A stretch of DNA of 64,000 bases from NCBI GenBank assembly GCA_964016885.1, contig OZ024741.1:197284001-197348000 (forward strand), written 5' to 3'. Under the pieces are notes generated by a model. It searched no databases and had not been told where the DNA came from. It saw only the letters and a program-made list of their open reading frames with translations. This document shows positions 51,241 to 64,000 of the stretch, piece by piece. This stretch comes from Eledone cirrhosa (taxonomy: Eukaryota). Made by a program: the position numbers and the translations under genes. Position 1 is the stretch's first letter. The number at the start of each line of letters is the position of its first letter.

Positions 51241-52381
51241 CTGTGAAGTAATAGCATAGAACATAAACAAAATTAGAGATTTCTTCAGTTCGACATAGTG
51301 GAGATTTATTTCTCCACCCCAAAGCTTTTGTTTAAAAAAACGTTAATGATGCTGACAACAATATTGTAATAAATGTCCAAAAGTTATGACTTTTCCATAA
51401 TAATTTCTTTGGGAGTTAAATGCTTTTCAACGTGGCTATCGGTAGTTACGACAAAGCAGGGTTTTGGGAGCTAACAGAACTTTATATATTAGTTTAACTT
51501 TAAAACAAAAATATTCCCACATATACATAGGTTTGTATAAGGGAAATGGTATGGTCCCCTCAACGCACTCTAATGATCATACTTGGAATAGATTCAGCAA
51601 AGATTTATAGAAGCCGTTAGCATGAAAATCACAGTACACAATAACATTTAATTTGTTAATTTCCTTGGTATCCCTTTATACTTAATTAAAAACAAATACA
51701 TTCTCTACAGTTCAATAAAACAGTTCCTATATAGTCCCTCTCATATTCTTAATAAAAACCTTAATCAACAATATCGGAAGATGTTTTTCAAACAACTTAT
51801 TAGATGAAGAATTCTTTTATAGCCCCTTTTATTATTACACTTCTGGGTCCTGCAGGCTGTGTGAATCTAGCATTCAGATATCGGTTGTAGCATTGACCCT
51901 ATGACTCAGAGGGAAGATGTGAGAAGGCTTGGTATGGTGTTTGTTGCTTATAACTCCCAGAACCTTCACAGACGACAGGAATTTGCTATGAATAAAAGTG
52001 AGTACCTTTTCTCATCTTAGAAGAATCAAAGCCTGTTAGGTTCCCAGAGGTGTTTGAGCTTGTTCTGCAAGTGCTCCGACCTAATTACACAGTTCTCCTA
52101 GTACCTATCAGATATGAGCTCTCACCGTTTCATAATATGTTAATATGTGGTTTGTACCTGATGTTTTCCTGCACCACACGTCTGATTGTGGACTCCGATA
52201 TATGGAGGCTGAATGCCAATGTCCTTCATCGACATGCTGGGTTGTTGTTGATGAGACTTTCTGGACGAAACTCGGTTTTCCCGACAGCGCCTGACAATGC
52301 CTATAAAAACACCCGTACCAGTTGAGTTTCATTGTGGTTATATTATTAGTTATGTAACTAAGTCATTCCTCGGTTAGTGTG

Positions 52382-52443
<62 letters not shown>

Positions 52444-52454
52444 TATATATATAT

Positions 52455-54116
<1,662 letters not shown>

Positions 54117-54348
54117 AGTATGTATACGTACATACATATATGTATACAGACGTACAGACGTACAGTAGTATGTATGTATATATATATATATATATATGTA
54201 TATACATACATGCACATATATATATGTACGTATGGATTCACCGAACATTTATTATAATGCTCGGTGTGTTTGTAAACAAACATCCCGAATTAAGTCGTAC
54301 AGTGTCTAGCAACCATCGTTGCTCATTTGTTCAACACTGACAAAGGAA

Positions 54349-54389
54349 CGCTGTACTAGTTTCAAGCTTATTAGCTATCCTCAGCAACG
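54349..54389 (-). ncRNA. Type I hammerhead ribozyme (unit A)
   Basis: cgttg-CTGAGGA-t-agct aata agct-t-GAAA-ctag-TA-cagcg. Confidence 0.8.
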
Positions 54390-54582
54390 TATACCATCCT
54401 GCCAGATGGTTGAACGTCTGAAAGTATATACTTTCCTTATGCATATTAACGGCTGAGCTGCCTAATTTGCATATCGAGTGAGTTAATCGGCCGGGGTACC
54501 GAAAACGATAAACGGAAAAAATGAAACGAAATTTCATTTCTCACTCTTAGTACGACTGTTACTTAAATATATGTATGTATAC

Positions 54583-54743
<161 letters not shown>

Positions 54744-54891
54744 CATACATGCACACATATATATATATGTACGTATGGATTCACCGAACATTTATTATAA
54801 TGCTCGGTGTGTTTGTAAACAAACATCCCGAATTAAGTCGTACAGTGTCTAGCAACTATCGTTGCTCATTTGTTCAACACTGACAAAGGAA

Positions 54892-54932
54892 CGCTGTACT
54901 AGTTTCAAGCTTATTAGCTATCATCAGCAACG
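54892..54932 (-). ncRNA. Type I hammerhead ribozyme (unit B)
   Basis: Same as unit A with core CTGATGA. Confidence 0.8.
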
Positions 54933-55104
54933 TATACCTTCCTGCCAATTGGTTTAACGTCTGAAATAATATACTTTCCTTATGCATATTAACGATGGTT
55001 GCTAGACACTGTACGGCCTAATTTGGGATGTTTGTTTACAAACACACCGAGCATTATAATAAATGTTCGGTGAATCCATACGTACATATATATATGTGTG
55101 CATG

Positions 55105-55145
<41 letters not shown>

Positions 55146-55222
55146 ATATAAAGAAAAAGAGATGAAATCGAAAATGCAACTGGAGTCTTATTTTTTTTTT
55201 AAATATATATATTCATTTGGTT

Positions 55223-55260
55223 CCTTTACCGGTTTCGCAGTTCTTCTGCTTTTCAAAAGG
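55223..55260 (-). ncRNA. Minimal hammerhead, U3-A8 core
   Basis: Reverse complement of 55329-55366. Confidence 0.72.
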
Positions 55261-55328
55261 TGAGTTGAGATGGAGGGTCTGTGGTTTTTCTCATGTGAGA
55301 AAAACTACAGACCCTCCATCTCAACTCA

Positions 55329-55366
55329 CCTTTTGAAAAGCAGAAGAACTGCGAAACCGGTAAAGG
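55329..55366 (+). ncRNA. Minimal hammerhead, U3-A8 core
   Basis: cctt-TTGAAAA-gcag aagaa ctgc-GAAA-ccgg-TA-aagg. Confidence 0.72.
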
Positions 55367-55499
55367 AACCAAATAAATATATATATTTAAAAAAAAAATA
55401 AGACTCCAGTTGCATTTTCGATTTCATCTCTTTTTCTTTATACTTTCACTCGTGTAGGACACCTCGGTTATTTTTCATTTTGTAAAAAAAAAACCTCAC

Positions 55500-55584
<85 letters not shown>

Positions 55585-55806
55585 CTACTGTACGTCTGTA
55601 TACATATATGTATGTATACATACTTATATTTAAGTAACAGCCGTACTAAGAGTGAGAAATGAAATTTCGTTTCATTTTTTCCGTTTATCGTTTTCGGTAC
55701 CCCGGCCGATTAACTCACTCGATATGCAAATTAGGCTGCTCATCCGTTAATATGCATAAGGAAAGTATATACTTTCAGACGTTCAACCATCTGGCAGGAA
55801 GGTATA

Positions 55807-55847
55807 CGTTGCTGACGATAGCTAATAAGCTTGAAACTAGTACAGCG
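55807..55847 (+). ncRNA. Type I hammerhead ribozyme (unit C)
   Basis: Same as unit A with core CTGACGA. Confidence 0.8.
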
Positions 55848-55987
55848 TTCCTTTGTCAGTGTTGAACAAATGAGCAACGATGGTTGCTAGACACTGTACG
55901 ACTTAATTCGGGATGTTTGTTTACAAACACACCGAGCATTATAATAAATGTTCGGTGAATCCATACGAACATATATATATGTGTGCT

Positions 55988-56039
<52 letters not shown>

Positions 56040-56405
56040 CTACTGTACGTCTGTATACATATATGTATGTACGTATACATACTTATATTTAAGTAACAGC
56101 CGTACTAAGAGTGAGAAATGAAATTTCGTTTCATTTTTTCTGTTTATATATATATTTATATATTTATATATATATAACAAAGGAATTGTGGTAAGGAACC
56201 AGATGGACCATAACGCACCAGAGTACTCATGAAGAGAGTATATATATGTGAAGGTATGTATATCTCCTCTGATAGTTTGTAATATTTTTACATAGATCTA
56301 TATGATATACATACCAACACACATATATATCCTAGAAACGAACGTAAAATGATGAATTTTTTAATATAAGGAACTTGTTCTTTGTTTTTATTCATTGTTT
56401 TTATT

Positions 56406-56459
<54 letters not shown>

Positions 56460-58812
56460 GTTTTCGAGGTTTTTAATATGAAATCGTATGTCGAAACAAA
56501 TATTGTTATACTTGGGGAGGGTCATATTTGTGTAATATTGCCAGAATAAATAACAGAACACACTCACTGTTTGGTTGGTTTTCCTCTCAAAGGTTATACG
56601 CTCCATAATGAAGATGTCCCCAGATGTATGTGACAGTACAGAGGACCTCCTCAGCAGAATCAGTGAGTGCAACAAAAACAGGAACCTATCCAACTGCATA
56701 ATAGGCAGTATGGATGTGGTATCACTGTACCCATCCATTAACATTGATTTTGCTGTGGAAAAATGTGTGGCGATGATCATTGAGAGTGAGGTGGAGTTCT
56801 GCGACGTCGACACAGACGAACTGGGCCTCCTACTTAGACTTGCCTACGACACTGACTACCTAGACAACCATGACCTTAGACGTTTCTGCCCCAGTAGCCC
56901 CATAAGAGGTAGACCCCTCACCATAACCTCAATGGCTAAAAAGACTCCCATGGGAAGGTGGATTGGGTGGACCAAAGCTATACGGACCCCCCAAAACAAT
57001 GATCAGGTAAGAAAAATGGTCGCACATGCAATAGGGGCTAGTAGCAAAACTACCCTAAAGGGCCACATATTCAAGTTCAACGAGAAGATCTACACCCAAA
57101 TATAGCTGGTGAAGTTGCATAGCTGGTGAAGTTGCCAACTTTTTTATGGTATGGTGGGAAAGGAGACTTCAAGATCTCCTTGATGAGAGCTACATAGACC
57201 TCATCATGTACTCTCGTTACGTAGACGATATCAATATAGTAATAAGAACATCCCCACAAGAGAGCACTAACAAGTTTGATTTAGAACGTAGCACACTGGA
57301 AAGCATCCAGCAGATAGCTAATTCCATACACCAGAGTATAACTGTAACTATCGACTTCCCTTCCAAACACCCTAACAATAGACTACCTGTATTAGACACG
57401 GAACTCTGGATTAACACTATAGACGAGAGAGCCCAAATTCTCCACTCACACTATGCTAAACCCATGGCCTCCAAATACCTGATACTCAAAAACTCAGCAA
57501 TGTCCAGTAGTGCTAAGTTTAATATTCTGATCGCAGACTTGGTACGAGTGATGAAGAACGTGTCCCGCATGTGCGACCCAACAGAAATGGAAAGACACAT
57601 CCAACACTTCATCAACTGCATGCAGTTCTCTGGCTACAACCAAAGAGACAGAATCAGAGTATACGAAGGAGCCATGGAGAAGTATAAGACCCTCATAGAA
57701 CTGGATATGAAAGGAATTTGCCCATTATACAGGAGCAAATCATGGAATAGCTTAGATAGGGCTAGACATAAGATAGGGAAAGCCAGCTCATGGTACGACA
57801 ACCAGAGATACCAGAGTGTCATGTTTGTGGACGCTACCCCTGGAGTGTAGAAAGGCACTGAGAAAGACCCACTTAAAGATTAAGCCAGGAACCACCATAA
57901 AATCCCTGATCAGCAAAACTTACCCTTTTAAGAAAACCACTGTACTAATAGGAAATATATCATATGTAAAGTAAATCCCCGGATAAACTGTAAAACTAGA
58001 AACATAGTCTATAGCATAAGATGTACAGAGGGTACTTTCAGAAACATGACAACAAGATACATAGGCGAGACAGCTCATAGCATAGGTGAAAGGATAGACC
58101 AACACTGGGGGCAACTAAAAGGACGAAAAAACGGTTCAGTACTATACGAACATGCCAGACAACAACACGACGGTAACATAGACAACATAGAAATTAGAAT
58201 AATATCTAAACATAGAAATGACACAGCAGAGAGGCCAGTGAAATAGAACTTAGAAGGCCAAGGCTAAACAGAAAAAATGAATGGAATAACATCAACACCC
58301 AAACAAACAACACTAACCTAAGAGAAGTATAAATAAATAAATAAATAGATAAATAAATAAATACATACACAAGCACAATAACAACAAACACATATAAACA
58401 CACACTAGTAAAGATAGAATACATTAACCAATACACACGAACACACATCAAACAAAACACTATACACACACGCAAACGCATGCGCAAAGAAGACAAAAAA
58501 TAAACATATAAATAAATATATAAACAGACTAAATAAAGATGGCGTAGACATACAATGCAACGGGAGGAAACAATAGCACCACTGACGATGTTGTAGATGT
58601 GCAACGAAAGAACTTTGATAGACTATATATATGTGTTTGTGTCTATTTTGAATCTGTATTTTTGACCGTTGGTCAGTCAATGGCAACATTGAGGACCGAA
58701 TAAATTAAATTAACCGATATAAAAGACACAGAAGCGAAAACCAACCAAACAGTGAGTGTGTTCTGTTATTAATTCTGGCAATATTACACAAATATGACCC
58801 TCCCCAAGTATA
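56460..58812 (+). mobile_element. Decayed PLE related to 44420-46615, with inverted 5' pLTR piece
   Basis: SMDVVSLYPSI, RYVDD, YIGETAH; stops and deletions; inverted repeat 56507-56582 / 58737-58812. Confidence 0.95.
58578..58619 (+). ncRNA. Minimal hammerhead in pLTR (helix I imperfect)
   Basis: acca-CTGACGA-t-gttgta/tgcaac-GAAA-gaac-TT-tgat. Confidence 0.65.
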
Positions 58813-59719
58813 TATATATATATATTATATATATACACACATACACACACATATATATAATGTGGAAATGTGTTATATTTAATATGAAACTTCTGCATCC
58901 GATGGTAATTGAATCACTGTTTTTATTTTGGAAGGAAAAACTTTCACTTTGCGAAGAAATTGTTTTCTTCTTCATTCATCAACAAACAGGAACATCTCAT
59001 TCAATTTCGAACACATCTTTACAAACAATAAAGAAATATTTAACAACAAAGCAGTCATAATTTGAAAGAAAAGCAAAACAAACACGACAGGAATATTAAT
59101 GGGAATCTTTCCAGCAACAATTTTGGCAACCACAGGAACAATACCAAAAACAAGATTTACAGCAGCAACAGTAACAAAAAAAACAACAACTAAACAAAAC
59201 AACGGCCACCACCGCAACAACAACAAAAACGACGCCAACACCGCTACGAGAAACAGCATCACCAACTCCATCATCATCACCACCACCATAAACAACAACA
59301 ATAACGACAAATAAAAAAAAACAACCGCAATAACATTTTACCAGGAAAGAATGCTATTGACAATGGAAGCAATTTCAGTGACATTACTGGACACGAGCAA
59401 TTTTCAGATATAAATTGAATCCAATGAGAGAAGCAAGCGTGGCAGTCGTGTGCCAGAAAAGAATGTATGTTTTCTTACATGAGGAATTTATCTAACAACA
59501 GCAAGGAGAAAGAAGTGATATTCTTCTACATTCCGAAATGTGGAGAGATGTTTTCAGTGTTCTATCAAAAGAGCTATAAACGAAAGTGATATTTCCATTG
59601 ACCGGGGGAGAGCATACGAATGTCTCTGATCTATTTTCAAAGCCAAGAGTAAATTGACCAACCAAATTCGCACGCTATAAATCTCTCCTTAAGTTCATAC
59701 CGCAATAGAAGGGTCATAG

Positions 59720-60066
59720 AAATACAAGATACAGAGAAATACAAGAGACATAACAAGATAAGACACAGCAATATAAGTGAAAGAGAAATAGAAATGACAG
59801 CAATACATGAGACAGAGAAATACAAGAGACATAACAAGATAAGACACAGCAATATAAGTGACAGAGAATAGAAGTGACAGCAATACACGAGACAGAGAAA
59901 TACAAGAGACATAACAATATAAGACACAGCAATATTGTTATGTCTCTTGTATTTCTCTGCCTCATGTATTGCTGTCACTTCTATTCTCTGTCACTTATAT
60001 TGCTGTCTCTTATCTTGTTATGTCTCTTGTATTTCTCTGTCTCATGTATTGCTGTCACTTCTATTC
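59720..60066. repeat. ~80-bp tandem repeat with fold-back inverted copy
   Basis: Units at 59731, 59812 and 59892; 59932-60066 is the reverse complement of ~59786-59920. Confidence 0.92.
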
Positions 60067-61905
60067 CCAGTTCTGTCAGCCGGGACGTAGTGACGCTGAT
60101 GAGGAAAGACAAGAACAAGAGGGATACGTTAGACAACATCAGACTCATAACTCTGTTCAACACAGAGTTTAAGATTTTAGCCAAGGTGTTAGCAAAGACG
60201 TTGGCGCTTTTCGTCGAGGATTTGGTTGGGGAGGTGCAAACTTGCGCAATCCTGTCTAGGCCCATACATGACAACCTCTACCGCATGCGATGCATCATAG
60301 AGAAGGTAGGGTGTAAACCTAGTTTCGGTGGATATCCGAGCAATTTGGATCAATTGAAAGCTTCCGATAGGGTCGACCATACGTGGAGGCCGTCCTCAAG
60401 GCAGCTGGTTTCGGTCCCGTTTTCACAGGCAGGACCACTGCAATGCACAGGGGCCTCTGCTCGGTGGTCAAGGTTAAAGGCGACCTTTCGGAACCATTTC
60501 AGATCTCCTGATCGGTCCGTCAAGGGTGCCCTCTCTCCCCCCTTCTGTACGTATTGACTCTCGAGCCTTTACTGCGGAAGATGGAGCTGTTGCAGGGCAT
60601 CCCGCTCTAACTGGGACGCGGAAGGGCTGTGTCGGCTTATCGGACCACATCACCGTGATGGTGTCGGACTTGTCGGAAATCGAGTTGGTCGGCACATTAT
60701 TGGAAGAATATGTAAGGTTGACGGGAACGAAACTTAACCCGGAAAAGTTGGTGGGCTTGCAGCTCGGTACCTGGAGAGGCAAGTCCATGCCGTCCAACAG
60801 CGTCATCAGGAGTCGGACGGACGGACCGGTAAAGTTGCTCGGGGTTTGGTTCGGACCAGACCTCCAGGTTGATAAGAATTGGGGTGAGGTCAAAATCAGG
60901 GTAGCCACTCTCACCTAGAAATGGAATCTTCTCTGAAAGGTCAAGCCGAGGTGACAAACGCGTACATCGTGTCCGTCACCTAATATCACCTGACCGTCGT
61001 GCCTTGCCCCCGTTCAATGTGATCAGTCGAACTCCCACTCTCGAGTTCTATAGGGGATTAGTGGTGGACAAGTGCAACAACGTGCTCGGAGAGGCTCTGG
61101 GTATCGGCCAAGTCGAACTGACCAGTCTGTTCCAGAGTACCTTCGAGCCGGATAATTATGAACAACTTCCAGAAATCTCTCACTTTGCAGTGCTACCGAG
61201 GGGCACTGCCGGTTCGAGATAAACTCTACAGGCACGGAAGTGCTGTCAGACGGACCTGCCCGAGATGCGCGTAGAGCGACGCAACCGTTCTGCACGCACT
61301 CGTCCTGTGTCCATGCATTACTGACTTATGGAGTTATGTCGAACAGCTGTTGTCGCGTGTAAAACGGCTTTCGGCCGAGTCCATAGTGAAGATCGACCCG
61401 CCGCCTTGTTTCGGCCAGGAAGGGCAGGAAATTTTCTTCTATCTGTTTGCGGTAGCGAAAGAGGTTGTGTGGTGGACCAGGTTGAAAGGTCTGAAGATAG
61501 ACACATTTTTCTTCGACCAATCCCTCATCAACTTTTTCAAGTTTCACTTAGAAAGGAAGGTGAGGGTGGAGAGAGAAGTGCTGCCCCTCATTACATTTGC
61601 TAAGAGGTGGGTGAATGTGGCGAGAATGGCCCGTGTGAATGGGCCTAATATGAACATGTACCCCTAGGCTGGCTAATTTGAGGAGGGAAGGGGTCCCTAC
61701 CCGGGTGCCTTCGAATCGTCGGGTGGTTTAGGATTGGTGGGATACCTGAGTCGACTCTGGGTGGTTATCCCCCCTATTGGGGAATTTTCATTGTATTTTT
61801 CTTGTTATTTTTTTCTTGTTATTGATATTTTTTACACGTATTTATGTAATCCCCCCACGTCTCTGTTTCCCTATATGTCGGCCCTTGTGGCCAATAAAGA
61901 AATTA
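60063..61905 (+). mobile_element. Third Tx1 copy (diverged subfamily, 5'-truncated, internal deletion near 61025)
   Basis: Homologous to 11670-13860; GPVKLLGVWFGPDLQ, RWVNVARMAR; AATAAAGAAA then (TAT)n. Confidence 0.93.
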
Positions 61906-62050
61906 TTATTATCATTATTGGTGTTGTATTTGTTGTTATCGTTGTTGTTTATTGATTTTGTAGCACGGTATTGTTTGAATTGTATCGTATTTTCCCGATA
62001 AGTAATTTGTTGCCTTTCTTTGTTATTGGTCATATTGTTGCGCAACTGAC

Positions 62051-62242
<192 letters not shown>

Positions 62243-62339
62243 TAAATACACTTAAGCACACAATAACAGACACACACACACTGACACTGACACATAAACA
62301 GACACACAGACACACACACACATAGACACAGACGCTCAG

Positions 62340-62371
<32 letters not shown>

Positions 62372-62932
62372 ACAAACTCAAAGACAGAATTATTCACATG
62401 ATTTTAATTTGTCCGTGTATTCAAGCATTTTCAGTTGTAAAGGGTTTGTCTAGGCACAGAACTTTGTCCACCCCCATATATGGTATCGTTTAAACACCAA
62501 AATGTTATTAAAATCGGAACAATTGCTACGATTGGCAAAGCTTTACGTAAATAATCTACTAATATATAATTATTTCTACTTTTGGCACAAGGCCGGCGAC
62601 TGACGAAGGAAAGGGTGATGACAAACTGACGAAGGAAGGGGTGATAACCAAACTCCATAAAACGGTGTTTGTGTGTGTGTGTGTGTGTGTATGTATAACG
62701 AATTGGCTACACACATTGGTTGTTATGATTATGTGAATGTTTGTGTGTGTATATGTGCGTTTGTGTAAAATATAAATACATATATATAAGCAGACACACT
62801 TAGAAAAATAATTATTACATACACACAGATCTATGTGATGAGTTGGAAGGAAGGGAGCTGTGGCAAAGTATAGAAAACAGCGAACAGCGTTCGTTACACC
62901 TGTGTTACTCGTACATATAAATGTATACATAT

Positions 62933-62984
<52 letters not shown>

Positions 62985-63138
62985 CCATACTCTCTCACAC
63001 ACACATATACGCATACTTACACACACACACACACACACTTACACATACTCACACACATATATGTGTATGTAATAATTATTTTCTCTAATGAGTCTGTTTA
63101 TGTATGTTTGTGTAGATGTATGTGTATGTAAGAATTAG

Positions 63139-64000
63139 AGGAATAGAAGAGCAAGCCGCTCAGCTGAAAGATCTGCTGCCATCAGAAACCAAGACAGAAT
63201 TCGACAAGCACATCGCCGTGAACATGAAACTGATTTTGAAACTAATGCAAGAGAATATCACAGAGAAAGAGTTTCGCAAAGGATTGCAAACGAAACAAAA
63301 GAGACCATTCAAAGATGGCAAAGAAATACCAATGCAATGAGAGCTGCCCGTGTAAATGATGCAGGTTTTACACCTAATAATTGTTTCTACTTTTTACACA
63401 AAGCCACCAATTACCCAGTACATTACTGGTATTTTATTTTATCGACCCCGTAAGCATGAAAGGCAAAGTTAACCTAATAATTGTTTCTACTTTTGGCACA
63501 AGGCCAGCAATTATCCCAGTGTATTACTAGTACTTTATTTTATCGACCCCGTAAGGATGAAAGGCAAAGATAACCTCGGCGGGATTTGAACTCAGAATGG
63601 CAAGGGCCGTAATTCTATGCGTCAAAGCATAATGACACATATTCAGAAAACAGAGATCACATTCATAACTGTGGAAATATGGACTCCAATTGTTAGTTTT
63701 GCTCAGGAAAACATTTTTCTGCAGAGAAACCGTCAGATGGACGTTTTAATAATTGTTGTCACAAAGGCAACATTTTACGTACTATCAGAAGAGAATTTCC
63801 AGATATTTAGTTTCATTGTTAACTGATCAAAATCATCCACATCATAGGAATTTCAAAGAAAACTTTCAGTCATATAATTCATCACTATCATTCGCTTCAA
63901 CTGATGCTCAGAAGTAAAATCCGCCGGGAAAAGGCCTATTTTGTTTCCACGTACATGGACAAATTTACGACAGAACTTCACATATTCATCTAAATGAAGT
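63139..64000 (+). pseudogene. Decayed Helitron RepHel N-terminal region, running off the window
   Basis: Arg/Glu-rich ET repeats, then CGNMDSNC*FC..F..E..CCHKG and FKENFQSYNSSLSFAS..PPGKGLFCFHVHGQIY (not in the ORF track). Confidence 0.8.
63377..63630 (-). mobile_element. Two tandem tRNA-SINE pieces inserted in the Helitron
   Basis: Match to the SINE family; repeated 3' half at 63377 and 63476. Confidence 0.9.

Noticed and set aside
52240-52290. Hammerhead-like TTGATGA..GAAA
   Set aside because: Helix II is mispaired and the spacing to helix I is wrong.

Overview
AT-rich, microsatellite-laden eukaryotic DNA that is almost entirely transposon-derived. The SINE families suggest an octopus or other coleoid cephalopod, but this rests on recognition and not on a search. 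No intact host gene is evident; there is one weak orphan exon candidate. Contents: four Tx1-type (L1 clade) LINE copies; three large R4/Dong-like RLE LINEs, all sitting in (TACA)n; RTE-derived pieces including a bipartite non-autonomous element; a CRE fragment; at least five Penelope-like elements (PLEs) plus isolated pseudo-LTR (pLTR) fragments; a decayed Helitron RepHel; a probable solo LTR; and many tRNA-SINEs. The most notable signal is an unannotated RNA layer of roughly 18 hammerhead ribozyme (HHR) motifs, folded by eye, some intact and some decayed. They include U3-A8 core covariants in three unrelated sequence contexts and a ~0.5-kb HHR-bearing tandem unit (retrozyme-like) arranged as a ~2-kb quasi-palindrome around a perfect double-HHR hairpin at 54.1-56.1 kb. 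All ribozyme calls are structural predictions; activity is untested.
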